DNA of 64,000 nucleotides from Treponemataceae bacterium (GTDB lineage: Bacteria; Spirochaetota; Spirochaetia; Treponematales; Rectinemataceae): the NCBI GenBank assembly GCA_963667725.2, contig CAXXHO010000005.1, positions 160,001 through 224,000 of the forward strand. The letters are read 5' to 3'. A program made the translations under genes and the position numbers. The notes below the pieces were generated by a model that did no database searches, was not told the DNA's origin, and saw nothing but the letters and a program-made list of their open reading frames with translations. Of the stretch, positions 22,333 through 31,330 are shown one piece after another (the stretch's first letter is position 1; every line of letters begins with the position of its first letter).

Positions 22333-24108
22333 CTACAGGCCCAGCTCCCGCAGGCTTTCCTGGAACTGCGCATAACTGAAGGGTTTCGCCAGCGTGCCTA
22401 CTCGGGCATGGTCCTTCGTGAATTCCTCCGGCAGCGCGTCCAGGAATCCACTGACGATGAGGACGGGAAGATCCGGGGCAAGGGTCCGCAGTTGTCCGAA
22501 GGTCTGGGGTCCGTCCAACCCTTGCATGTTCAGGTCCAGCACCACCAGTTCCGGCACCTGACCGCCCGCCACCCGCCTCTCGGCGGCTGCCCCGTCGGCG
22601 GCGACCTCCACCTGGTGACCGCCCTCCGCCAGCAGAGTTGCCAGGGCCGTGCGCACGAGGTCGTCATCGTCGACAAGTAGGATGCGACGACCCTGGATTT
22701 TTGGTGCCTCCCCCTCCAGTCTATCCCCGTGTCCGTCGCCCTCGGACTCTACCCCTAGGGCCGGAAGGCGGAGGGTGATCCGCGTGCCTCCGCCCAACTT
22801 GCTTTCCAGGTCCAGGTGGCCGCCGTGGGCTTCGACTACTCCTCGGACCGTGGCCAATCCCAGCCCGGTACCCTTCCCGACCGGCTTGGTGGTGAAGAAG
22901 GGATCTGTGGCGCGGGCCAGTACCTCCGGGGGCATCCCCTCCCCAGTGTCCTCGACGGTGACGGCCGCCCACCCTTCGAGCGCCCGGGTTCTCAGGGTGA
23001 GGACGCCACCCCCGGGCATGGCATCAACGGCGTTGACGCAGAGATTCATGAGGGCATTTCCGAGGCTGCTCCGGGCGCCACGAATCTGCGGGAGGTCCGG
23101 GGAGAGATCCACCGCGACCTGTACGCGCATGAGCAGGGTGCGCTCCAGCAGGGCCGCCTCCTCGCGCACAAGCTCGTTCAGGTCCAGATCTTCTGGGGCC
23201 TCGGAGAGCCCCTTTCGGGCGAAGGCCGTGAGCCCCCGAACCAGATCCCGGCCCCTTCCGGTGGCCATCAGGATCAGCCCTAGGGATCGGGCCAAGGGCC
23301 CTCCCTCGGGCTGATGGGACTGCAGCAGTTCTGCGGAGGCCTGGATGGCGGCAAGCACATTGTTCATGTCGTGGGCCACGCCGCTGGCCAGGCGTCCCAG
23401 ACTCTCCAGCCGCTGAGCGTGCTGGATCTCCGATTCCAGCCGCCGATGCGCCTCTTCCTCGCGAATCCTGTCTGTGATGTCCCGGGCGATTCCGAAGAGA
23501 CCCACCAGGTTGCCATCGGGCCCCCTCAGCGGGCCTTTGGTGGCCAGGAAGATCCGGGGGCCTTCTGGAGTCGTGAGGTGCTCCTCCAGCGTGGCGACCT
23601 CGAGCCCGTCCATGATCCGCCGGTCGGCGGCCATCAAGGTGTCGGCCTCGCCTGGGGGGAACACGGCCCGGTCATCTCGCCCCAAGATTTCCTGCGGTTC
23701 CCTTCCGGTCATCCGTCCCGCGGCCTTGTTGAACAGCAGGTAGCGGCCCTCCGCATCCTTTACGTAGATGGCGTCGGTGGAGGCCTCAGCCAGCCCGTGG
23801 AGAAGGAGCAGGGTGCGCTGGCGTTCCGTTTCTTGGCGTCGGACTTCCGCATCTCTGGCGGCGAGCTTTGCGACGAAACGGCGCAGGTGGAACGAGAGCA
23901 GCAGGGAGGTAACCGCCACGAAGAACCACCCCTTGAGCATGCTCACCCACGTCCGGGCTGCCGAGTCCGGAACCAGGGCCTCGGCGGCGCGATCGGAGAG
24001 GAGGATCCACATGGCGGCGAAACCGGCGTAGCCCAGCACGATCCGCGCAACTCCCCGCCGCGCCATGCGCTCGGAGGAAGTGCCTGGAGAGGGTGCCGCA
24101 CCTGTCAT
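22333..24108 (-). CDS. Hybrid PAS histidine kinase/response regulator with two N-terminal TM segments
   Basis: WILLSD...KGWFFV TM pair, PAS, AHDMNN H-box, PFFTTK, GTGLGL, C-terminal receiver (LLVDDD, LDLNM). Confidence 0.9.
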   Translation of the reverse strand: MTGAAPSPGTSSERMARRGVARIVLGYAGFAAMWILLSDRAAEALVPDSAARTWVSMLKGWFFVAVTSLLLSFHLRRFVAKLAARDAEVRRQETERQRTLLLLHGLAEASTDAIYVKDAEGRYLLFNKAAGRMTGREPQEILGRDDRAVFPPGEADTLMAADRRIMDGLEVATLEEHLTTPEGPRIFLATKGPLRGPDGNLVGLFGIARDITDRIREEEAHRRLESEIQHAQRLESLGRLASGVAHDMNNVLAAIQASAELLQSHQPEGGPLARSLGLILMATGRGRDLVRGLTAFARKGLSEAPEDLDLNELVREEAALLERTLLMRVQVAVDLSPDLPQIRGARSSLGNALMNLCVNAVDAMPGGGVLTLRTRALEGWAAVTVEDTGEGMPPEVLARATDPFFTTKPVGKGTGLGLATVRGVVEAHGGHLDLESKLGGGTRITLRLPALGVESEGDGHGDRLEGEAPKIQGRRILLVDDDDLVRTALATLLAEGGHQVEVAADGAAAERRVAGGQVPELVVLDLNMQGLDGPQTFGQLRTLAPDLPVLIVSGFLDALPEEFTKDHARVGTLAKPFSYAQFQESLRELGL

Positions 24109-24294
24109 GGGGCCTCGAACGAAGCGGGTGCATCAGTGGAGACGTCTGGCCCAGAGTGTGCCACCGTATCTTCCCCTTTCGGGATCGCGAATCGGGAGAA
24201 CAAGAAATTCTTGAGTCAGGAATCATCGAAACGACGATTTCCCCGTGACCCATTCCCGGGGCGCCTGTGGGAAAATCTATGCCTGGAGGCCCTC

Positions 24295-25332
24295 ATGAGC
24301 CAGCAGCCGGTCACCTACGCCACCTCGGGCGTGGACATCAATCGTCAGGATGAGGCGCTGCGGCGCATCAAGCCCCTGGTGAAGGCCACCAAGACTGCGG
24401 GGGTGCGCTCGGACATCGGCCTCTTCGGCGGCCTCTTCAGCGCCCAGTTCCCCGAAGCCCAGCCCATCCTGGTTTCCTCCATGGACGGCGTGGGCACCAA
24501 GATGAAGGTGGCCCGTCTCGCCAACACTTGGAACACCGTGGGTGGCGATCTGGTGAACCACTGCATCAACGACATCCTGGTGCAGGGCGCCCGGCCCCTC
24601 TTCTTCTTGGACTACATCGCCGCCCAGCGCCTGGAGCCCGAGGTCATCGAGTCCATCGTTTCCGGCATGGCCAATGCCTGCCGCAACGCGGGCTGCGCCC
24701 TCATCGGCGGTGAGTTGGCGGAGATGCCCGGCGTCTACGAGACGGGCGAAGTGGATGTGGCGGGCACCATCGTGGGCGTGGTGGATCAGGCCGAGCTGCT
24801 GCCGCGCCTGGAGGCCATGGGCGAAGGCGATGTGCTCATCGCCCTGCCCAGTTCCGGCCTGCACACCAATGGCTACTCCCTGGCCCGCAAGGTCTGCTTC
24901 GAGGTGGCTGGGCTCAAGGTGACGGACAAGCTGCCGGGCACGGAGCAGACCGTGAGTGAAGCCCTGCTGGCCATCCACCGCAGCTACCTCACCCAGCTCA
25001 TGCCGCTGGTGAAGGCCAAGAAACTGGTGGCCATGGCCCATATCACCGGCGGCGGGCTCACGGACAATATCCCCCGGGTGCTGCCGGAACACCTGGACGC
25101 GGCCATCGAGACGGGCAGCTGGCAGATTCCGGCCCTCTTCAATTTCCTCATCGAGAAGTCCCAGATGCCCCTGGAAGATGCCCGCCGCAGCTTCAATCTG
25201 GGGGTGGGCATGGTGGTGATCGCCAAGAAAGCCGATGCTGCCGAAGTTCTGCTGGCCCTCAAGAACGCGGGTGAAGCCGCCTGGGTCATCGGCGAGCTGG
25301 TGGCAGGCAAGGGCGAAGTTCGCTACCGGTAG
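24295..25332 (+). CDS. purM: Phosphoribosylformylglycinamidine cyclo-ligase (AIR synthase)
   Basis: YATSGVDI, DGVGTK, GGELAEMPG, SSGLHTNGYSL, HITGGG, FNLGVGM. Confidence 0.97.
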   Translation: MSQQPVTYATSGVDINRQDEALRRIKPLVKATKTAGVRSDIGLFGGLFSAQFPEAQPILVSSMDGVGTKMKVARLANTWNTVGGDLVNHCINDILVQGARPLFFLDYIAAQRLEPEVIESIVSGMANACRNAGCALIGGELAEMPGVYETGEVDVAGTIVGVVDQAELLPRLEAMGEGDVLIALPSSGLHTNGYSLARKVCFEVAGLKVTDKLPGTEQTVSEALLAIHRSYLTQLMPLVKAKKLVAMAHITGGGLTDNIPRVLPEHLDAAIETGSWQIPALFNFLIEKSQMPLEDARRSFNLGVGMVVIAKKADAAEVLLALKNAGEAAWVIGELVAGKGEVRYR

Positions 25333-26010
25333 ATGTCCGGCGACATCCTCATCATCGAGGACGAATCCGCCATCGCGGATACCATCGCCTACGCCCTGAA
25401 GACCGAGGGTTTCACGCCCCATCGCAGCGAATTGGGGGGCGAGGCCCTGGAACGCCTCCGCCGCGAATCCTTCCGGCTGGCCATTCTCGATGTGGGTCTG
25501 CCGGATCTCTCGGGCTTCGAGGTTTGTCGGCGCCTGCGCACCTTTTCCGCCATCCCGGTCATCTTCCTCACGGCCCGCAGCGAGGAAGTAGATCGCATCG
25601 TGGGGCTGGAAATCGGCGGGGACGATTACATGGCCAAGCCCTTCAGCCCCCGGGAACTGGTGGCGCGGGTCCGCGTGATCCTGCGGCGGATGGAGCGCAT
25701 GGAAGCGGCGCCGAGCACCACGGGGTTCGAGTTGGACGAAGGGCGCCATCGCATCCGCTTCTGCGGCCAGGATCTGGACCTCACCCGGTACGAATACCTG
25801 CTGCTGAAATGCCTCATGGCCTCGCCGGAGCGGGTGTTCACGCGCCTGCAGCTCATGGAGCAGGTGTGGGCCGGGGCGGAGGAGAGCGGAGATCGCACCG
25901 TGGATACCCACGTGAAGACCCTGCGCGCCAAGTTGCGGCTGGCGAATCCCCAGCTGGATCCCATCCAGACTCACCGGGGACTGGGCTACAGCCTCGCGAG
26001 GCTGACATGA
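25333..26010 (+). CDS. creB: OmpR-family response regulator CreB
   Basis: Receiver (LDVGLPD) plus winged helix (DRTVDTHVKTLRAKL...THRGLGY); adjacent to creC/creD. Confidence 0.92.
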   Translation: MSGDILIIEDESAIADTIAYALKTEGFTPHRSELGGEALERLRRESFRLAILDVGLPDLSGFEVCRRLRTFSAIPVIFLTARSEEVDRIVGLEIGGDDYMAKPFSPRELVARVRVILRRMERMEAAPSTTGFELDEGRHRIRFCGQDLDLTRYEYLLLKCLMASPERVFTRLQLMEQVWAGAEESGDRTVDTHVKTLRAKLRLANPQLDPIQTHRGLGYSLARLT

Positions 26011-27434
26011 AGCTCAGCGTCCGGGTCCTGCTGGGGTTCTTCCTCATCGTGGGGTTGGCGGCCTTCTTCGTGCTGCGCATCTTCATGGCGGAGGTGAAGC
26101 CCGGCGTGCGGCAGGGTATGGAGGTGGCCCTGGTGGATTCGGCGCACCTGCTGGCGGAGCTGGCGGCGCCGGAGTTGGAAGCGGGCACCCTGGCCCAGGG
26201 CGAATTCGCACAGGCCGTGGAACGCTACGTCCATCGCACACCCAAGGCCAAGATCTGGGGCATGGAGAAGCGTGTGGCCGAGTTCCGGGTGTACGTCACC
26301 GATGCCCGGGGCTTCGTCGTCTTCGATTCCGAGGGCCAGGCCGCAGGCCAGGACTATTCGCGCTGGAACGATGTGCTCCTGACCCTGAAGGGGGAATACG
26401 GGGTGCGCAGTTCCCGGGCGGTGGCCGGGGATGAGAAGACCTCCCGGATGCATGTGGCCGCGCCGATCCTCAGGGGGGATCGACTGCTGGGGGTGCTCAC
26501 GGTGGTGACGCCCACGGCGAGCGTGGTGCCCTACGCCCAGCGCAGCCAGCGGCGCGTTTTCCGGGCGGGGCTGCTGCTGATGGGGGGCGCCCTGCTGACG
26601 GGCCTGGCCCTCTCCTGGTGGCTCACCCGGAGCCTGGGCAGGCTTCAGACCTACGCCCGGCAGGTCGCGGAAGGACACAAGGCCAGCCTGCCCGCCCTGG
26701 GGGGAGGGGAGTTGGCGGAACTGGGCCAGACCCTTGAGGCCATGCGCGAGAAACTGGAGGGACGGAAGTACCTGGAGCGTTACATTCAGGCCCTCACCCA
26801 CGAGATGAAGAGCCCCCTGGCGGCCATCCACGGGGCGGCGGAACTGCTGGAGGAACCCTTGCCCGAAGCGGAGCGGCGCCTCTTCGTGGCCAACATCCAG
26901 GAACAGGAACTGCGCCTCCAGCGCCTGGTGGAGCGCATGCTCGGCCTGGCCGGACTCCAGCATCGCCAGGGCCTCGAGGCTTCCGTGCCGCTGGTCCTTG
27001 GAGAGATCGTGGCCACTGTGGCTTCGGCCAAGGCGGCGGGTTGCGCCGCGAAGGATCTGAGGGTCGAAATCGTCGGCGCACAAGGCTCCCAGATCCGAGG
27101 CGAGGCCTTCCTGGTGGAACTGGCCCTGTCCAATCTGCTGGACAATGCCATCGACTTCTCGCCGGTGGGTGGGCGCATCCAGGTGGTCCTTGAAGCCACC
27201 GAGGCGCGGGTCGCGGTCATCGTGAAGGATCAGGGGCCGGGCATTCCCGAGTACGCGGCCGGTCGGATCTTCGAACCCTTCTACTCGCTGCCCCGGCCTG
27301 CCACGGGCAAGAAGAGCACCGGCCTAGGCCTGAGTTTCGTGCGCGAAGTGGCGGAGCTCCACGGCGGAAGGATCGAGGTGCGCAATGGGGTCGGCGGGGG
27401 CGTGGAGGCGCGGCTGGAGTTTCCTGCCATCTGA
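26007..27434 (+). CDS. creC: Sensor histidine kinase CreC
   Basis: ATGA overlap with creB; EVKPGVRQ, DYSRWNDV, THEMKSPL, FYSLPRP..GKKSTGLGL. Confidence 0.92.
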   Translation: MKLSVRVLLGFFLIVGLAAFFVLRIFMAEVKPGVRQGMEVALVDSAHLLAELAAPELEAGTLAQGEFAQAVERYVHRTPKAKIWGMEKRVAEFRVYVTDARGFVVFDSEGQAAGQDYSRWNDVLLTLKGEYGVRSSRAVAGDEKTSRMHVAAPILRGDRLLGVLTVVTPTASVVPYAQRSQRRVFRAGLLLMGGALLTGLALSWWLTRSLGRLQTYARQVAEGHKASLPALGGGELAELGQTLEAMREKLEGRKYLERYIQALTHEMKSPLAAIHGAAELLEEPLPEAERRLFVANIQEQELRLQRLVERMLGLAGLQHRQGLEASVPLVLGEIVATVASAKAAGCAAKDLRVEIVGAQGSQIRGEAFLVELALSNLLDNAIDFSPVGGRIQVVLEATEARVAVIVKDQGPGIPEYAAGRIFEPFYSLPRPATGKKSTGLGLSFVREVAELHGGRIEVRNGVGGGVEARLEFPAI

Positions 27435-27439
27435 TGCGC

Positions 27440-27455
27440 TTCACAGAGCCTTCAC
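27440..27455 (+). promoter_or_regulatory. cre-tag (CreB-binding site)
   Basis: TTCAC-AGAGCC-TTCAC, exact TTCACnnnnnnTTCAC repeat 63 bp upstream of the creD start. Confidence 0.85.
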
Positions 27456-27518
27456 ACAGGCTCATCCTCCCTTCTTGAACGCGCGACATGCTTCCTCCAT
27501 TCCTCATGGAGGCTGTTT

Positions 27519-28852
27519 ATGCGAAGAATCTTGCTCTGGAAGGGCCTGGCTGTGTTCGGGCTCGCGTTGTTGCTGCTCATTCCCCTGGCCATGATCCAGG
27601 GCCAGGTCGAGGCCCGGAACCAGCGGCAAAAGGAGGTCAAGGCCAACGTCGCCGAGAGTGCGGCGGGCTGTCAGCAGGTGGTGGGGCCGCTGCTGGTGTT
27701 CACCTACACCGAGCGAGTGGAGGAGGCCGAGACCAACGAAAAGACCGGCCAGGTCACGCTGCGCACTCGAGAGATCCATGGCCATCAAATCCTGCCGCCC
27801 CAGGATCTCCAGATCCAAGGCGAGGCCCGGGTGGAGGAGCGCCATCGGGGCCTCTACAAGGCCCAGCTCTATCATCTGACGGCGCGGCTCACAGGCCGTT
27901 TCTCCCTGACGCCGAGTTTTGGCATGGATCTCTCGGGCCGCGCCATCACGCCCGGCCCCAGCTTCCTGGTGGTGGGCATTCCCGATCTGCGGGGCATCCA
28001 CAACCGGCCCCAGGTCAAGTGGGAGGGCAGGGCCCTGGATTTCCGCCCGGGGGTTTCCCGGAGTCGCGTCCCCATGGGCATCCAGGCCGATCTGGGCACC
28101 CTGACCTTCCAGGACAAGAAGGACTTCGCCTTCGAGATTCCCCTGGAACTCACGGGCTCCCAGAGCCTTTCCTTCGCCCCGGTGGGCGAGAATACCCAGG
28201 TGTCCCTGCGCGCCAATTGGCCCAGCCCCAGCTTTGGGGGCCGATTCCTCCCATTGGATCACCAGGTTGGGGACAAGGGCTTCGAGGCCCAGTGGCAGGT
28301 CTCCAGCTTGGCCCGGAGCCTGGATTCCATCCTCAAGGTAGAAGGGCACGGACCCACCGAGGAGGCCTTCGACATCGCCTTTATCGAGCCGGTGAACATC
28401 TACCTGCAGACGGAACGGGCCGTGAAGTACGGCTTCCTCTTCGTGGGGTTGGTCTTCGCGGGGTTCTTCTTCTTCGAGCTGCTCCGGAAACTGCGGATCC
28501 ATCCCATGCAGTACCTCCTGGTGGGTTTCGCCCTGGCGATGTTCTTCTTGCTGCTGCTGAGCCTCACCGAGCACATCCCCTTCCTGTGGGCCTACCTCGC
28601 GGCCAGCGCAGCCTGCATTGCTCTGCTGGGTGCCTACCTGATCCATGTGCTCAAGAGTGTGGCCCATGGCCTTGGTTTCGCAGGGGGGACTCACGCTGCT
28701 CTTCGGCGTGCTCTACGGACTCCTGATGTCCGAAGACAATGCGCTGCTGATGGGCTCGGTGCTCCTGTTCACGGCCTTGGCGGCGGTGATGCTGGCCACC
28801 CGAAAGCTGGATTGGTTACGGCCTCTCGGGGAAAGAGAGTGGGGCCGAATAA
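27519..28852 (+). pseudogene. creD: Inner membrane protein CreD with two apparent +1 frameshifts (probably sequencing errors)
   Basis: WPSPSFGGRFLP, RAVKYGFLF, IHPMQYLLVG; SEDNALLMGS lies in another frame after the G6 run at 28683-28688; removing one T at 28816-28817 gives the ending KLDWYGLSGKESGAE*. Confidence 0.85.
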
Positions 28853-28934
28853 GACGCAGGCCTCCTGGTTCTCGTAGGATGAGAGCTGGGAGGCCCGCAT
28901 CGATGATGGACGGCAGCGTATCGGCGGTGCGGCT

Positions 28935-29285
28935 TTGAGCGTGAACGCTCCCGGGCGCCTGCACGGCCTGGACATCCTGCGGGGCCTCATGGCCCTGGCG
29001 GTGGCGGTGTACCATCTGTCGATCTGGTCGCGGATCTTTGAGTCGGGAACCCGAATCAACAATGTGGTGGCCATCCTGGGGCATTACGGGGTAGAGGGCT
29101 TCTTCCTCGTCAGCGGCTTCTGTTTTTTCCACCTCTATGGTGAAACCTCCTGGGATCGGGGTGCGCTGCGGCGCTTCCACATCAAGCGCTTCTTCCGCAT
29201 TGCGCCCCTCTACCACCTGGCGGTGGCGCTGAACCTGGTGTTGCACAACCCCGTGGGGCCGGAGGTCACGCTCCGGATGCTGGTG
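28935..29285 (+). pseudogene. Acyltransferase-3 (OafA-like), N-terminal fragment truncated at the junction
   Basis: RLHGLDILRGLMALAVAVYH, GVEGFFLVSGF, KRFFRIAPLY; coherence lost after ...TLRMLV. Confidence 0.85.
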
Positions 29286-30019
29286 GCTGGGACGAAGCCG
29301 ACCCTAAGGATATCGTCAACTCGACGCACTGGTATGACGCCTTCACCCTGACCTTCAAGCTGTGGACAGGCTTCCTCGCCTTCGATGCCGAACAGGCCAG
29401 GGCTGTCATAGGGCCAGGAGCCGTGCGCGATTATTTCAGGCAAGCCCTCGCCAGGATAGCGGCGCATTCCCGCGAGCGGATGGGCCGGGCGCCGAGCCTT
29501 GTCGGGGAATTCGGTCTCCCCTTCGACTTGAACGGGCGGAAGGCTTACCGCACGGGCGATTTCCGCCTTCAGGAAAAAGCCCTCTCGGCTTATTACGACG
29601 CCCTCGACGCCAATCTTCTCAACGCGACGCTCTGGAACTACACGGCCGACAACACGCACGAATGGGGCGACGGCTGGAACGGCGAGGATCTGTCGGTATT
29701 CTGCGCCGAGGATTCGGGAGGCAGGGGTCTTCGCGGTTTCGTCAGACCCTACGCCTACGCGACTGCGGGAAGCATCGTGGAGATGTCCTTCGACATGCGC
29801 TCCGGAACCTTCCATCTGTGCTACGAACCGGACCATGCCATCCTCGCGCCCACCGAGATTTTCGTGCCTGATGTTCAGTATCCCGCGGGTTTTTCCCTCG
29901 AATCGTCGGGATGCGTCGTCGCCAGGCGGCTGTCGCAGGATTCGGGCTGTCTTTCCTGGCTGGACGTAAGGCCGGAACCCGGGGCCGAGGAATGCGAGAT
30001 AACGCTGAAAAGGCTATAA
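29285..30019 (+). pseudogene. GH5-like glycoside hydrolase (endoglycoceramidase/steryl-glucosidase-like), C-terminal fragment
   Basis: Frame reads GWDEADPKDIVNSTHWYDAFTL...VGEFGLPFD...WNYTADN...GDGWNGEDLS...RPYA...PTEIFVP with no start of its own. Confidence 0.8.
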
Positions 30020-30031
30020 GGAGAAAGCGCG

Positions 30032-31324
30032 ATGGGCGGAACAATCGAAAAGCGGAAAACCGCGAGCGGGGCGAAATCGGCGTTCTGGATCATGTTCGGC
30101 TTCATGCTGCTCCATCAGGCCGACAAGCTTCTCATAGGCCCCCTGACGACGCAGATCATGGATACTTTCCAGATCACCCGCACCCAGATGGGGGCGGTCA
30201 GCACCGGAGCCCTCATCGTCGGGGCCATCTGCTATCCGCTCTGGGGCTGGCTCTATGACCGGTTTTCCAGGCCGAAGCTCCTCGCCCTCGCCTCCCTCCT
30301 TTGGGGAGCGACCACCTGGCTCAACGCCGTCGTGCCCACCTACCCTCTCTTTCTCATGACGAGGGCGGGCACGGGCATCGACGACTCGAGCTATCCCGGC
30401 CTCTACAGTCTCATCTCCGATTATTATCCACCGAAAAAACGCGGCAAGATCTACGGTTTTCTCCAAGTTGCCCAACCGCTGGGCTACCTACTCGGTATGA
30501 TCCTCGCCCTCGCCTTCGGCGCGGCCTTCGGCTGGAGGAACGTGTTCTTCCTCACCGGCGGCCTCGGCATCATCCTTTCCGTCATAATCTTCCTCTTCGT
30601 CAAGGACAGACCTCGCGGCGCCGCCGAGCCCGAACTCGCCGGGGCCGAACACCTTGAGCGCTTCAAGTTCAGCTGGAAAACGGTGGGCGGACTCTTCAGG
30701 AAGAAAAGCCTCGTCATCCTCTTCCTCCAGGGCTTTATCGGCGTTTTTCCCTGGAACGTCATCACCTACTGGATTTTCGACTACCTGGGCGCCGAACGAG
30801 GCTACGACGAGACCCAGACCCTGCTCACCATGGTGCCCGCCGTCCTCATCATGGCCGCCGGCTATCCTATCGGGGGAATGCTGGGCGACCGGCTTTTCAA
30901 AAAGACGCTGAAAGGCCGCGTCATCGTGGGCGCCGCGGGAGTGGCCGTCGGCTGCGTTCTCCTGTGGCTGGCGATGAAGACACCCGTGGCCGACAAATTG
31001 GCCTTCGGCATCCTCCTTGCCGCCACCGCCTTCTTCATGCCATGGGCATCGCCCAACGTCCTTTCCTCCTTCTACGACGTCACGGAGCCGGAGATCAGGG
31101 CGACGACCAACGCGGCGCAGAATTTCGTGGAGTTCGGAGGTTCGGCCATGGCCCCCCTCATGGCGGGCATCATCGCGGACAAGAGCAGTCTCGGCAACGC
31201 CATACTCCTTATCTGCACGGTGTCATGGGTGATATGCTTCGCCTTCTTCATATTCGCCGGGCGTTTCATACCCAAGGATATTGAGGATCTCAGGGAGAAG
31301 CTCGCGACGCGAGCCATGGAGTAA
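30032..31324 (+). CDS. MFS transporter
   Basis: About 12 TM helices, WGWLYDRFSRPK motif A, ISDYYPPKKRGK. Confidence 0.9.
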   Translation: MGGTIEKRKTASGAKSAFWIMFGFMLLHQADKLLIGPLTTQIMDTFQITRTQMGAVSTGALIVGAICYPLWGWLYDRFSRPKLLALASLLWGATTWLNAVVPTYPLFLMTRAGTGIDDSSYPGLYSLISDYYPPKKRGKIYGFLQVAQPLGYLLGMILALAFGAAFGWRNVFFLTGGLGIILSVIIFLFVKDRPRGAAEPELAGAEHLERFKFSWKTVGGLFRKKSLVILFLQGFIGVFPWNVITYWIFDYLGAERGYDETQTLLTMVPAVLIMAAGYPIGGMLGDRLFKKTLKGRVIVGAAGVAVGCVLLWLAMKTPVADKLAFGILLAATAFFMPWASPNVLSSFYDVTEPEIRATTNAAQNFVEFGGSAMAPLMAGIIADKSSLGNAILLICTVSWVICFAFFIFAGRFIPKDIEDLREKLATRAME

Positions 31325-31330
31325 CAAGGA

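Noticed and set aside
23314..24294. Apparent N-terminal extension of PurM (672-aa ORF)
   Set aside because: Antisense to the hybrid kinase; PurM has its own GGAGG RBS and ATG at 24295
24109..24294. Possible ZTP or purine riboswitch upstream of purM
   Set aside because: I could not find the conserved core elements by eye; an Infernal/Rfam scan would settle it
28645..28938. 97-aa ORF after creD as a separate gene
   Set aside because: It is the frameshifted C-terminal part of creD
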